Positions 43,574 through 55,413 of a stretch of 64,000 bases of DNA are shown in pieces. The notes below the pieces were generated by a model, which was not told where the DNA came from, ran no database searches, and saw only the letters and a list, made by a program, of their open reading frames with translations. Position numbers and translations under genes: made by a program. The DNA lies in NCBI GenBank assembly GCA_038143065.1, contig JAYQLI010000035.1, positions 2,304,894 through 2,368,893 on the forward strand. The letters are read 5' to 3'. How positions within the stretch are numbered: position 1 is the stretch's first letter; each line of letters starts with the position of its first letter. This DNA is from Rhodospirillales bacterium. Lineage in GTDB: Bacteria > Pseudomonadota > Alphaproteobacteria > Bin95.

Positions 43574-44347
43574 TTAGTGCAAGTGCAACGCGTCATGCAG
43601 ATATATGCATGTTAAAATGGTGAACACGTACGCTTGCAGAATAGCTACCAAGAATTCTAATGCGGTAATACCCACTAATAGCACTAGTGGAGCAATACCA
43701 CCGACCACGCCCAGCATAATAGCAAAGCTAGCTATCACCTTAAGCAAAGTATGCCCTACCATCATATTGGCAAACAGACGCACTGATAAGCTAACTGGCC
43801 GAGACAGATAAGAAATCAATTCGATAGGAATAAGGATAGGCGCTGTCGCTATGGGAGCCCCGTGAGGGAAAAACAGCGAAAAGAATTTTGCTCCATGCTT
43901 AACAAGCCCTATTGCGGTAATCACCACAAAGATTGATGCAGCTAAAGCAAAGGTTACAGCAATGTGGCTGGTGAAGGTAAACGACCCTGGAATCATACCA
44001 AGAACATTTCCGAACAAAAGGAACATGAACAAAGTAAAAATAAACGGAAAATATTTTTTTCCCTCGTTTCCTACATTGTCTCGCACCATGTCGGCGATCG
44101 TTGTGTAAAGCGACTCAGCAATTAACTGCCAACGACTAGGGACAAGGCTACCTGGACCTGCGCCAAACCTAATAAGGCTAAATGAGACGATCGCGGCAAT
44201 AACCATCCATAGGGAGGAATTTGTGAAGGAGATATCTAATCCACCGATCTGAATATCCAGAATCGGATGAATTTCGAACTGATGGAGAGGGTCTAAACCT
44301 CCACCACCGTGGCTTTCCGCCGCTTGTGAGCCTTTGTTTCCTGCCAC
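43574..44347 (-). CDS. atpB: F0 ATP synthase subunit a
   Basis: DPLHQF, FTNSS, VPSRWQ, RPVSLSVRLFANM, LQAYVF. GTG start with GAGGGG SD. Confidence 0.97.
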   Translation of the reverse strand: MAGNKGSQAAESHGGGGLDPLHQFEIHPILDIQIGGLDISFTNSSLWMVIAAIVSFSLIRFGAGPGSLVPSRWQLIAESLYTTIADMVRDNVGNEGKKYFPFIFTLFMFLLFGNVLGMIPGSFTFTSHIAVTFALAASIFVVITAIGLVKHGAKFFSLFFPHGAPIATAPILIPIELISYLSRPVSLSVRLFANMMVGHTLLKVIASFAIMLGVVGGIAPLVLLVGITALEFLVAILQAYVFTILTCIYLHDALHLH

Positions 44348-44357
44348 TGGCCCCTCG

Positions 44358-44704
44358 CTATCCCTTGTCGTCTTCGGCGATTTCTCGCGCTGCACGTTCT
44401 CTGGCGGCTCGAGCATCTAAGTCACGAGCTGTTCTAATCACATTTGCAAACGCCGCGCCAGATCCAGAATGAACCCAACGATCAGCAAAAACGGCGCAGT
44501 CTCGAAGTAAGAGTCCAAAAACAGACCTCCTCCGACACCAACTGCCAGGCCGGCCACCATTTCGATGACAATCCTGAGCCCAACAGCCATGCCGTTTGCT
44601 GCACGACCGCGACCAGAGCCGCCGCCTTGGGTTTGCAGCACCCGCCGTGTTCTCGCCGCCTTTACCCGCTGACCTAAATCTTGCAAACGGTCGTCATTGA
44701 CCAT
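44358..44704 (-). CDS. atpI: AtpZ/AtpI family protein, frameshift near 44465
   Basis: GLRIVIEMVAGLAVGVGGGLFLDSYFETAPF, continuing GSGAAFANVIR if one G is restored. Confidence 0.8.
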
Positions 44705-44808
44705 CACAAAGACCCCTCAACCCATTCCTAATTGGTGGCTGAACATCAAACATCCGCCAACAACTAAGACTTGCAAAGACGAATAAGAATTATCCGACAG
44801 GCGGGCGG

Positions 44809-44838
44809 ACATTAGGCGGGCGGTCGAAGTAGTGTCAA
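44809..44838 (-). promoter_or_regulatory. Sigma70-type promoter of the F0 atp operon
   Basis: TTGACA-N18-TAATGT on the minus strand, about 105 nt upstream of atpI. Confidence 0.55.
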
Positions 44839-44903
44839 GGATAGGTGGGGGGCTAAAAGGCCCTTGCTGCAGCGTTGGTTTGTCGCATCCGATTGGTTCA
44901 GCA

Positions 44904-47900
44904 TCAGCCGGCTTCTCGCATTGCTGCAGCGTCATCAAAATTTACAGACACAAGCTGGGAAATGCCACGTTCCGGCATGGTTACGCCGTATAAGCGATCC
45001 ATACGAGCCATTGTCATTCTATGGTGTGTGACGACAAGGAAACGAGTGTGCCCTTCAGAAGCCATTTCTTCCAGAAGTGAGCACACCCGATCCACGTTCG
45101 AATCATCTAATGGCGCATCTACCTCATCAAGAACACAAATTGGGCTTGGGTTGCACCGGAAGGCTGCAAAAACAAGTGCCAAAGCAGTCAATGCACGTTC
45201 CCCACCTGAGAGGAGTGAGAGGGTTTGAAGACTCTTTCCTGGCGGGCTTGCCATTATTTCAAGGCCTGCTTCAAGGGGATCATCCGAGCCAACCAGCGCA
45301 AGGCGGGCACGACCACCGCCAAAAAGCCGCTGGAACAGTTGGCTGAACTCTTTATCTATCAAATCAAACGTTTGTCGAAGACGCTGGCGGGCTTCTCCTG
45401 AGAGGTCAGAAACGCCCCGTCTCAGTTTTGTTATTGCTTGAATGAGATCTTCACGCTCTCGTCGGATTGTTTCGGATTGTTCTTCGATCTCTTCTATTTC
45501 AGTTTCAGCCCTAAGGTTTACCCCACCCATATTTTCGCGTTCACGTCTAAGTCGCTCTACCTTTCGGTCTAGAGCGTCGAGATCACTGGGAGGATTTTCT
45601 GGATCAACGCCTGCTATTTTGGCGAGGTCTCCAGGTGTTGCATCTAATTTTTCGACTATGCGATCTAACAAGTTTTGAGAAAACACACGAGCTTGATCAG
45701 CCTTGGCGGCAGCAACTGCTCTAGCCTCTCGAGCACTGCTTGCTGCAGTGTCAGCAGTCTTTGCGGCTGCAGCAAGCCGCGAAGCTTCTGTCTCAGCGCT
45801 AGCTAAGGCATCTCCTAGGGCGTGACGTTTTGATTCAGCCGTCTCAAGGGCATCGAGGATACGAGCTCTGTCTGAATCCTCATTGTTATCACCCTCTTCT
45901 GCGGCAGCAATTGCAGACGCAGCCTCAGTTGCTCTAGAGGCTAGTGCTAAAAGAGCAGCTTCAGCGGCTGATATTGCATTTTTCCTCTCTGATTCTTCAT
46001 CTGCAACGGCCTTGAGGCGCCGAGCATTTTCGGCTTTAGCGGCTTCTAAGCGCTGTCTTTCGGCCTTCGCTTCTGACAAAGAGAGTTGGGCTGCGTTTGC
46101 TTCAGCGCGTGTGTTCTCTGCAATAGACCTTGCGGTATCTGGTTCGGCAATTTTATTTGCCAATCGTGACGCCTCATTTGACTCTGCCGAGGCAAGTTCC
46201 ACCTGTTGACGTGCATTGGCAACAGCTTCTGCCTTTGCCGCTATGTTAGCTGCATAAAGGGCCTTATCTCTCTCGGCATGTCCCGCAGCGTTTTGATGTT
46301 CGTCGAGCTTTTTTCTTGCAGCTTGTAGAGAGTTTTGGGCTTCCCTTTCGTCTGCCTCCGCTTTGGTTAGCTCTGCCCTTGCAACGTCGCTAACAGCGAG
46401 CGCTGCAACTGAAGCTTCGGAAGCCTTTTTTCTGTTAACTTCGGCGGTTTCTAAACGATTTTTTAAAGCTAGGCGGCGCGCAGCTGCTGTCTCTGCCCCC
46501 GGTCTTCGAACAAACCCATCCCAGCGCCAAAGACCTCCTTCAGCTGAGACTAACCGCTGGCCTTGGGCAAGAGAGGGCGCAAGGGCTTCTGCTGCTGCGG
46601 AACTTTCAACGAAACCAATTTGGCTTAGTCGCGGCAATAATTGGTCTGGAGCAGAAACAAAATCGCTAAGCGGCTGCGTGCCCGAGGGCAAATCAGCTTT
46701 AGATCTGCTTGCCGCTTCACCCCAAAAGACTCGGCAGTTGGATCAAGTGAAGCCTCTAAATCATCTCCCAGGGCAGCACCCAAAGCTGTCTCATACCCTT
46801 CTTTTGCTCTGATGTGGTCGAGCACTGGAGCGCGATCGGGAGTGGATTGATTCTCAAGTAGGCCAGAGAGAGTTTTGGTTTCTGCAGTAAGTGCTGCTTC
46901 TGCACTGGCGGCGGCAGCACGAGCTTCCTGAGCGCTCGCAAGGTTTGCGCGCAGTGTTTCGACAGCTTCTTTGAAACTTTCGGCAGCTTCAGAAATTTCA
47001 GCTAAAGCTTTTCGAGCTTTGTCAGCTTGTGCAGTTGCATCTTCCAGTGCATTGGCGGGTGGAGCCTTTTCTTCTGCTTCAGAGTAAGCTCTTTCTGCTA
47101 CCGTTAGAGTAGTGGAGACGCGCTCAAGTCTGGATTCAGCATCTCTTAAACGCTGAGATAATGTTCGGTTGTTGGCTTCTATTTCTGCGGCTTGATCTGC
47201 AGCCCTGTTAGCGGCCTCTGTTTTTTCGGCAACGATGGTCGTTGCTTCTTTGATCCGAGAGTCGAGCTCTTCTGGAGCGTCCAGATCAGCTGCTATCGCT
47301 AATAGGGCAGTTGTTTCCTCACTGAGCCGGATTAAGGCCCGTTCGGCAGATGTTTTTCTTTCTTCTTCCCGCTCTCTATCCCTACCAACATCTTCTAAGC
47401 GTATTTGAGCAGCGGCTCTGGCATCGGCCCTCCGCCGCCGCTCAGCGTCGATACGTTCTAACTCTAGCCTAAGACGCTGTTGAGTTGCTGCTGCTTCTGA
47501 TTCCAGTCTTCTCGCGGCGGGAAGGGCGGCATTTGCCTCGCTGGCAAGACGTTCAACTCGAGCAGCTTCAGCGGCCACTTGAGCGACAGCGGATTCTGCA
47601 ATTTTAGCGTTCTCAAAGGCTTGAGTTCTCTCTGTTTCGCTTAAGCGCCAGCGAGCTAAAAATGCTGCTGCATCCGCTGCTCGGATTAGATCGGAGGGCT
47701 TGCGAAAGCGATTAGCCTGCCTTGCTTGCTTCTGTAAGCTAGCTAACTGGTTGTCAAAACCAGTTAGGATATCTTCCAAACGTTCCAAATTAGTTTCGGC
47801 TGCATTTAGGCGAAGAGTAGCTTCATGTCTCCGAGCCCGAAGGCCCGCTACACCGGCAGCCTCTTCAAGAATAGAGCGGCGCTGTTCAGGTTTGGCGAGC

Positions 47901-48361
47901 ACAAACGCGCCAATTTGACCTTGGCTGACAATAGCAGCTGAGCGCGCGCCAGAAGCCAAATCAGCGAAAAGCGTTTGGACGTCACGCGCCCTCGTGTCTC
48001 GGCCGTTTACTCGATATGAGGATCCAGAACCTCTCTCTATCCGACGAGAAATTTCTAACTCTGCCTGCCCAATCCATGGTGCGGGAAACGCACCGTCTGG
48101 ACCAGTTAAGCCTATTGTGACTTCCGCGTGATTTCGAGAAGGACGTCCACCCCCGCCGGAGAAGATGACATCATCCATGCCATCTCCACGCAACTGCTTT
48201 GCCGATGTTTCGCCCATTGCCCAGCGCAAAGCTTCAACAACATTAGATTTTCCGCATCCGTTTGGACCTACCACGCCGGTTAGGCCCGGCGAAATAGCAA
48301 CCTCAACCGGATCCACAAACGATTTAAATCCTGTTACTTTGAGCCGGACGATGTTCGCCAT
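44904..48361 (-). CDS. smc: Chromosome segregation protein SMC, frameshift near 46725
   Basis: GFKSF, GPNGCGKSN, LEEAAG, long coiled coils, hinge GYETALGAALGDDL...GGLWRWDG, LSGGE, LDEVDAPLD. Confidence 0.96.
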
Positions 48362-48395
48362 GCTCGCTCCTCTATATTTTTCGCTTGCGAAACAA

Positions 48396-49021
48396 TTACT
48401 TGGTGAGGGTGTCGATGACTTTTATCATTTCCTCAGCGGTTATGCCGCCCCGATAGAGTGTTTCGTCAATCACAAAACTTGGTGTTGAGCGAACGCCATG
48501 TTTTTGTTCCCCTCCTGAGCTTCTGCAATAATCTGCTCAAGCATGCTTTTGTCTTCCATGCATGCCATTGAGGTTTCTTCTTTGAGGCCCGCCAGCTTAC
48601 CAATGTTCGCTAGAGCTTTGAGGGGATTTTGGCTTCGCGACCAAACGCTTTGTGATTCGAATAAAAGATCGAGTATAGCGAGGCGTCGAGATGCGCCTGC
48701 GCACCGGGATAAGGCTGCAGCTCGAAGAGCTAGGCCATCAAGTGGAAAATCACGAAAGACTAAACGCGCGCGTCCATCGGCAATAGGACCAGCTTTCAAC
48801 TTAGGCAAAATACTTTGATGAAAGTTGGCACAGTGCGGGCATGTTAGCGAGGCATATTCCACAATGACTACTTTTGCATCAGCCTTCCCGTAAAACACGT
48901 CGCTTTCGCGAATCTCTGGTGCGGCGGTCACCTCTCCGGAAGGCTCTGCCACGGCAGATGGAACAGCAAAAATCCAAAGCGCAAAAACAGCGTTGGTGAT
49001 CAAAATCAATATTTTATGCAT
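48396..49021 (-). CDS. DsbA family thiol-disulfide oxidoreductase, frameshift near 48505
   Basis: Signal peptide, EYASLTCPHCANFH, FRDFPLD, GVRSTPSF in the shifted frame. Upstream of smc as in other alphaproteobacteria. Confidence 0.88.
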
Positions 49022-49180
49022 TGTAGAGTCTCTTACCCCTATATCTTGTAATTGTATCGGTTCCTAGCATCTGTCTGCAACCTAGATATTTATCAAAGAC
49101 GGGGACAAGTTGGCGAAAGTGTGGCGCTTGGATTGTTAGGGCTTCGCAGAATCAAACGTGTGCGCTATATCAGGGGCGTG

Positions 49181-49255
49181 GCCGGGTTAGCACAGTGGTA
49201 GTGCAGCGGTTTTGTAAACCGAAGGTCGGGGGTTCAAATCCCTCACCCGGCACCA
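49181..49255 (+). tRNA. tRNA-Thr(UGU)
   Basis: GCCGGGT/ACCCGGC acceptor stem, D-loop AGTGGTA, anticodon loop TT-TGT-AA, T-loop GGTTCAAATCC, encoded CCA. Upstream TTCGCA-N17-TATATC. Confidence 0.96.
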
Positions 49256-49404
49256 CTTTTCTAAGAGAATTAAGTAGTTTTGCGCTTCTAACGATATCAA
49301 TGGGTTAGTAGCTGTCCTGATCCCAAGTTCCCGCTAGATTTGGCGGCCTCAATGGTAGATTGAGAATAGGGTCCTTACACGCTTTGTTATCCGCACCCGA
49401 GGCA

Positions 49405-50307
49405 TCATTTTTTAAGGTTGATTAGAGCTTGTTTGCTATTAGAGGATCGTTCTCGCTTCAGAGCATAAAGTCCAGAGGCAATAACAATGCCACCTCCCGT
49501 GATAGTCCAGATATCAGGGAAATCCCCAAAGGCAACCCACCCTAATATGACGGCGAACAGAGGCATTGCGTATGAGAAAGGTTGGAGGGTTGATGCCTCC
49601 GCGTTTCTGTATGCGGATGATAGAAGTAAATGACCACAAGCTCCAAGAAGTCCGAGTAGTACTAACCATGCCCAGCCTTCTGGTGTTGGAGGTTGCCAGA
49701 CTAATGGTGCAACCGCAGAAAAGCAGACAAAACCGACCATAGCAGAGTAAAGAGTTGTTGTTTCTGCGCTGTCCTTAGCACCTACTACACGCAATAAAAT
49801 CTGAAAAGTGGCCCAGCAACATGCACCACCCAACGCTATGAGGGATGCTGGTTCAAAAACCGTTGAGCCTGGCCTTATGATTATAAGCACACCGATGAAA
49901 CTGATTGCTACCGCTGTTATTCGGCGCGGACCAATTTTTTCCTTCAGAAAAACAGCAGCTAATGCCATCACAAGAATTGGCGCAGCCGCCAGGATTGCAT
50001 GCACATCTGCAAGTGGCATCACGCGTACAGCAACTATAAAGGCGGTCATTTGTCCAATCATTATGATTCCGCGAAGTAATTGGGTTTTTGGTTTTGCGGA
50101 TTTAAGGGTTTTTTTAAAACCCTTATGCCCAGCTAACGACAGACTGAAAATAAGAAAAACCCAGAAACGAATGGCCAAGATTTGAGGGATTGCTAAGCTC
50201 GCAGTTAGGTGTTTGGAGATCGCGTCCATAGATGCAAGAAGTAACATCGCTAGCAAAACAACTGCGATGGCAAATCTAGGACGGTTGGGGCGATTAGGCT
50301 CAGACAT
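49405..50307 (-). CDS. DMT/EamA family transporter
   Basis: Ten TM helices, DAISKHL, FLKEKIG, IIRPG, AEASTLQPFSY, FGDFP. Confidence 0.9.
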   Translation of the reverse strand: MSEPNRPNRPRFAIAVVLLAMLLLASMDAISKHLTASLAIPQILAIRFWVFLIFSLSLAGHKGFKKTLKSAKPKTQLLRGIIMIGQMTAFIVAVRVMPLADVHAILAAAPILVMALAAVFLKEKIGPRRITAVAISFIGVLIIIRPGSTVFEPASLIALGGACCWATFQILLRVVGAKDSAETTTLYSAMVGFVCFSAVAPLVWQPPTPEGWAWLVLLGLLGACGHLLLSSAYRNAEASTLQPFSYAMPLFAVILGWVAFGDFPDIWTITGGGIVIASGLYALKRERSSNSKQALINLKK

Positions 50308-50399
50308 GGTCCGTTTCAAAATTAAGTTTTGCTCTCTGCCGTATCATGAATGCGAACTTATGAGTAAAATTTGGGTGGGTAGATTATTGGAGAGACACC

Positions 50400-51250
50400 G
50401 TGCAGGAAATGGCAACAGGTTATGGACTTGTGGAAGGACCAGTTTGGCATAGTGAGCTGGGTTTGCTTTACAGCGACGTCCTGAATGGTGGAGTATTTCG
50501 AATATCTAAGAACGGGGATGTCAGTCAGCAGGTGCCAAAGCGGCGAGGAATTGGAGGAATGGCGCTTCATGCCGATGGCGGATTAGTGATGGGCGGAAAG
50601 GATATTGTTGCTGCGGATATTGATGGCACTAACATGGGTATCCTACTTGCCGGTGCCGATACTCAAGCAGGAATTGGCTTCAACGATTTAACAACGGACG
50701 CTAACGGTCGAATTTTTGTAGGTGACTTAGGTTTTCGAGTTTTTCGTGGCGATGAGCCAAAACCAGGATATCTGCATTTGATTGATCTTGATGGCAGTGA
50801 ACGGGTCATTTCCGATGGAATAATGCTCACTAACGGCCTTGGGTTTTCGCCTGATGGGAAAAGACTTTATCATTCTGACGCGCGTGCAGATCTAGTCAGG
50901 GTGTATGACGTATTTCCAGATGGCTCGGTTAGTGATTGGGTGCCTTTTGCTACCCTCGAGTCAGGGGAAACTCCTGATGGTTTAGCTGTTGCTATGGATG
51001 GCTCGGTATGGGTGGCTCTGGCCCATGGAGGAGCTGTTGCGGTCTATGAGTCCGATGGTCAACTCAGACAGCGGGTGCCAGTTCCTTTGCCAATGGTCAC
51101 AAGTGTTTGCTTTGGTGGAGACGACCTAAAGGATGTGTATATCGTATCTGGCAGCCGTGGCGGTCAAGAGAAAATTGTGGCAGCGTATTTGTTACACGCT
51201 CGTCGGTTGCGGGGCTTCCTCTCCCGCCTGCAAAAGTAAAAAGGAATTGA
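50400..51250 (+). CDS. SMP-30/gluconolactonase/LRE family protein, late frameshift near 51165
   Basis: EGPVW, FNDLTTDANGR, TNGLGFSPDG, PDGLAVAMDG, TSVCFGG. Confidence 0.9.
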
Positions 51251-51311
51251 TGGCTTAACCCATTCTTCGTCAGTTGATTCCAACTTATTTGGTGCCACTC
51301 TTGATGATGCT

Positions 51312-52948
51312 TTACTCGGCTGCAGCTGCAGAGCGCGCAGGCTCGAGATGGAAGCCTCGATAGTTATCCGCAACTACTTCTTCACAAATACGGCGGTAAG
51401 TTCCTACTCCGGCAATATAAGGCATAAAGAGGCGCGGTTTGCCTGGAATGTTGGCGCCCGTGTACCAAGAATTGGCCTGAGGAAAGAGTGTTTTGTTTGC
51501 AACTTCTTGGACATGGTCAACCCATTGATCTTCAGCCGATATTTCTGGTTCGATAAGCTCAAAGTTCTCAGCTCGCATGTGCTGAATAGTGCTTACTACA
51601 AGATCCACATGCTGCTCTATCGATGTAAGCATGTTGCTTTTTACAGATGGGCTGCCAGGGCCAGTGATCATAAAAAGATTGGGAAAGCCTTCGCTCATAA
51701 CGCCTAAGTAAGTCCTAGGGCCTGCTTTCCATTTTTCTTTAAGGGCCAATTTATTGCGACCACGTATATCAATATTGAACAAGGTGCCTGTCATTGCATC
51801 AAAACCGGTTGCAAAAACGATGGTATCAAATTCGTAAACTTTGCCGTCAACACTCAGTCCGTTATCAGTCACGTGTTCGATAGGATTTTGACTAATGTCA
51901 ATAAGATTGACGTTATCTCTGTTGTAAGTTTCGTAGTAACCACTATCGACACAAATACGTTTTGTACCGATAGGATGGGATGCCGGCGCTAGGATTTCGG
52001 CTGTTTTTTTATCTTCAACGGTTTCGTATATTTTACTTCTGACAAACTCTGACATCATATCGTTTGCAGATTGGCTTACCAAAATATCATTAAAGGCGGC
52101 TAAGAAGCCTGATCCCCATTTTTCCATTGGGCCTCCAGTATTGCTTGTCGTTCTTCGGTGTTTACTTCTAAGGCAGATTTTTCGCCCCTAGGTCTGGTAT
52201 TCCCTTGTTGGGAATAACGCATCAATTCCCGCTTATCGGCGTAATCCTCTTTCCACGACCGCGAATAGTCAGCAGTCATCGGCGCGTTCCGCGTTGGGAT
52301 TGAGAAGTTTGCGATCCGTTGAAAAACAGTAAGATGACCGGCTTCTTTGGCAATTTCAGGTATCGCTTGAATACCGGAGGAGCCAGTTCCAACTACCGCT
52401 ACGCGTTTGCCATTAAAGTCAACTTTTTCATGAGGCCATGAACCAGTGTGATATGTTTCGCCCTTAAATTGAGTAAGCCCTTCAATTTCTGGTACCTGTG
52501 CTGTTGAGATGCACCCAGTAGCCATTATGACAAACTTGGATGTTATTGTTTGCCCCCTGTTAGTTTTTGCACTCCAAAGACGGCTTACGGGATCAAAGTG
52601 CGCAGATTTTACCTCTGTCTCAAATTCAATATGGCGCTTTACATCGAACCGATCGGCAACATGATTTGCATACCGCAGGATATCTGGTTGAGCGGAGTAC
52701 TTTTCAGGCCACTCCCACTCCTGCTGTAAGGCCTCGTCAAAACCATATGAGTATTCCATGCTCTCAACGTCACAGCGTGCACCAGGATAACGGTTCCAAT
52801 ACCAAGTGCCACCGACACCATCACCTCGTTCGTAGCAGCGAACTGACATTCCTGCAGCAACACATCGATGCACCAGATAGATGCCTGAAAACCCAGCTCC
52901 TACAATTATAACGTCAAAATGAGGTGCAACGGACGTTTGATGGGACAT
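51312..52948 (-). CDS. Type I Baeyer-Villiger monooxygenase (cyclohexanone monooxygenase family), frameshift near 52120
   Basis: GAGFSG, GGTWYWNRYPGARCD, BVMO fingerprint FKGETYHTGSWP, GTGSSG, ATGFDA, SWYTGANIPGK. Confidence 0.93.
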
Positions 52949-53055
52949 CTTTTGTCTCCCTAATATCACCGCGCTTCAGCAAGCAATGTGAGTACCTTAG
53001 AAGTAATCTGACAGTTCACTCTAAACCATGCACTTTGTGCGGGTCATCTGTTTTA

Positions 53056-53601
53056 TTAGACGTCAAGTGCTTCATGAGCGGGATTAGGCTCCAGTTCGAC
53101 GCCGTTCACAGTCATCGCGAGCATGGCATAGTATCCAATGCAGGTGGTTAATTGAACATATTGATCTGCGCCAAGCCTTTTCATAACTGCATCAGCAAGA
53201 GCTGAAGACACACGATTTTTGCTAAGAAGCTCACGCGTGAATTCTATTATTTGTAGGTCTTGTGGTGGAATTCCGTCTGAACGACCTTCCCGGATTGCAT
53301 CGATAGTGGATCGAGGCACTCCTCGTTCTGCACCAATAACACCCTGTATCCCCCAGACGTATTGAGCTTGGAAATGAAGACCGACTACTAACGCGGCGAG
53401 TGTGCGGGTTCTTAGCTCTAGTGTTCCCTCCCAACGAACTAAGGTTCCAAGATGGGCCACACGCTCAGCCCATTCTGGGGCATGCATCCATACTGAAAAT
53501 GGCCCATCAAGAGATTTACGGGTGTCGACAATTTTCTCTGCGATGCGACGAGCTTCACCTGAAAGCTCAGAAGGGGATTTAAGAACTTGTACTCTGGCCA
53601 T
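53056..53601 (-). CDS. Carboxymuconolactone decarboxylase (CMD/AhpD-like) family protein without CxxC
   Basis: GPFSVWMHAP, LELRTRTLAALVV, AQYVW at the usual CxxC position, QLTTCIGYY. Confidence 0.75.
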   Translation of the reverse strand: MARVQVLKSPSELSGEARRIAEKIVDTRKSLDGPFSVWMHAPEWAERVAHLGTLVRWEGTLELRTRTLAALVVGLHFQAQYVWGIQGVIGAERGVPRSTIDAIREGRSDGIPPQDLQIIEFTRELLSKNRVSSALADAVMKRLGADQYVQLTTCIGYYAMLAMTVNGVELEPNPAHEALDV

Positions 53602-53678
53602 ATTGCTTCCTCGGATTAATGATGGGGGAAAGAATAATCAGATAGTATTGCTAACAGCATCCAGGGTAGGAGAATACA

Positions 53679-54506
53679 ATGTCCAAACCAGAAGTTGACA
53701 GAAGTTTTCTCGGGAAGACTGTCGTAGTTGTTGAGGCTACCTCCCATGCGAAGGGTGTCTTTGCACCAGCACCGGCTGGTAGCCAGAACATTCATGTTGG
53801 TTCAGCGTCCGCTCGTCTATTTGCCTCTCGAGGAGCAAGAGTGGTGGTGATTGATCCAGACCGAGATGCTCTTCAAGAACTCGAGGAAGAAATAAAGTTA
53901 GCGAATGGCGAGATCGAAACAGTGACCGTTGATCATATCGATCCCAATGCGCTGCGTTCAGTTGTGCGAGAAAAAATTGGACCAGTTCATGCCCTCATCA
54001 ATTGCCACTTTAATCCGGAGCGGCAGTCTATAGAAGATGTTGAAATGGATGCGCTGGAGCAGGTTATTCAGTCTGAATTACTTGGACCACTTGCCGCGAC
54101 GAAAGCCTTTTTGCCGGCGTTGAAGGCTGCAGATGGGGCGGCCATTATTCATATGGGGTCTATCGATGGCATTCTTGGGAACCCCAATATACCTGCTTAC
54201 TCTATGGCTAAAGGTGGACTTGTTCCGATGACCCACGTAATGGCGGATGAGTTTGCTCCCTATAAAATCAGAGTAAACTGCATTGCTAGAGGTATGGCGA
54301 TTGGTAAGGGTGATTTGGTGCAGCCAGGTTATGCGCCACTGGTTGCGGTTACGCCGTTGGGGCGCCCAGCATTTCCAGAGGAGATTGCTGAGGTAGCGTA
54401 TTTCCTTGCTTCTGATGCCGCATCATACATAACTGGCACGGTGCTTCCTGTTGATGGGGGGCGCATAGGTATCACGCCGGGCACTGGCCTCAGAGTGGGG
54501 CTCTAG
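53679..54506 (+). CDS. SDR family oxidoreductase with atypical N-terminus
   Basis: Catalytic S and YSMAK, IRVNCI, PLGR, ASYITG, VDGG. The glycine-rich loop is replaced by an insertion. Confidence 0.8.
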   Translation: MSKPEVDRSFLGKTVVVVEATSHAKGVFAPAPAGSQNIHVGSASARLFASRGARVVVIDPDRDALQELEEEIKLANGEIETVTVDHIDPNALRSVVREKIGPVHALINCHFNPERQSIEDVEMDALEQVIQSELLGPLAATKAFLPALKAADGAAIIHMGSIDGILGNPNIPAYSMAKGGLVPMTHVMADEFAPYKIRVNCIARGMAIGKGDLVQPGYAPLVAVTPLGRPAFPEEIAEVAYFLASDAASYITGTVLPVDGGRIGITPGTGLRVGL

Positions 54507-54513
54507 CCAATTT

Positions 54514-55281
54514 TTAACCTTTCTTATTTTTGGCTTTTGTCGCTTCTTGAGTGAGGATCGGTAAACTTTCAGTCATGGTGTGTATCCCTAGGGCGGCTAT
54601 CAGCTGCAGTATTTCCATTAATTCTTCTTGGCTTGCCCCATAACCGATCGCGTTTCTGATATGTAGACGCAGCCCTGGTTCATAGAGATGAGTTGTAGAT
54701 GCATCGATCGCTATATAGACGAATTCGCGGACCTTTGGCTCGAGCACGTTGGTTCGCCAAGGTGCGCCAGAGAAGTTTAAGTATGCCTCAAAGAACTCAG
54801 GAGCCATTGCCAGCATGTCCTCCTGTCTTTCGGACCAATATCCACGCACCTTAATATATTCATCTTTGATCTTTTGACGTCGTTCATCAATTTTGGGTCT
54901 ATTCAGCTTCCCAGCGGCTTGTAACTCTTCAATTAGTACAGGCATGCCGAGGCTACAGCTATGAATGCCAAGTACGCTGGTCATTGCTAGAACTTCAAAA
55001 ACTTCTTCTTCTGATGCGCCATGCCGAAGAGCATTCTGTATATGGACACGAGTACCCCTATTATAGAGGTGAGTCGTCGACGCATCTGCAGCAATGTACA
55101 TAAACTCTTTAACTTTTGGCTCTAATGTTCCGTGCTTCCAAGGAGCCGACGAAAAGTCAGTATATGCCTTAAAAAAGTCAGGGTTTAATCGAAGCATTTC
55201 CTCCCAGATGTCCATCCAGTAACCACGGTTTTTAATGAAATCATCCTTGATTGCCTGGCGGTGTGGGTCCAGAGAACTCAT
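54514..55281 (-). CDS. Tandem two-domain CMD family protein
   Basis: Internal duplication of RGYW...PW...LEPKVxEFxYIAxDASTTHLY...HIxNA...GAS...LGIH. Confidence 0.85.
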   Translation of the reverse strand: MSSLDPHRQAIKDDFIKNRGYWMDIWEEMLRLNPDFFKAYTDFSSAPWKHGTLEPKVKEFMYIAADASTTHLYNRGTRVHIQNALRHGASEEEVFEVLAMTSVLGIHSCSLGMPVLIEELQAAGKLNRPKIDERRQKIKDEYIKVRGYWSERQEDMLAMAPEFFEAYLNFSGAPWRTNVLEPKVREFVYIAIDASTTHLYEPGLRLHIRNAIGYGASQEELMEILQLIAALGIHTMTESLPILTQEATKAKNKKG

Positions 55282-55413
55282 GTTCGGTCTCCTTATTAGT
55301 TCTGTTCTTCGACAAAATAATAATCTCAAGGGCTCATCGTGAGCTATCTGCCGATGTTGACAAGTGGTTCTCTGATCCGAACCCTTGATTGAAATCGCCA
55401 GCAGGAGCCTCTT

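Noticed and set aside
45700-47700. Low-complexity GCA/GCT-rich sequence with long antisense ORFs
   Set aside because: Explained by the Ala/Glu-rich coiled coils of SMC. It is not a repeat array.
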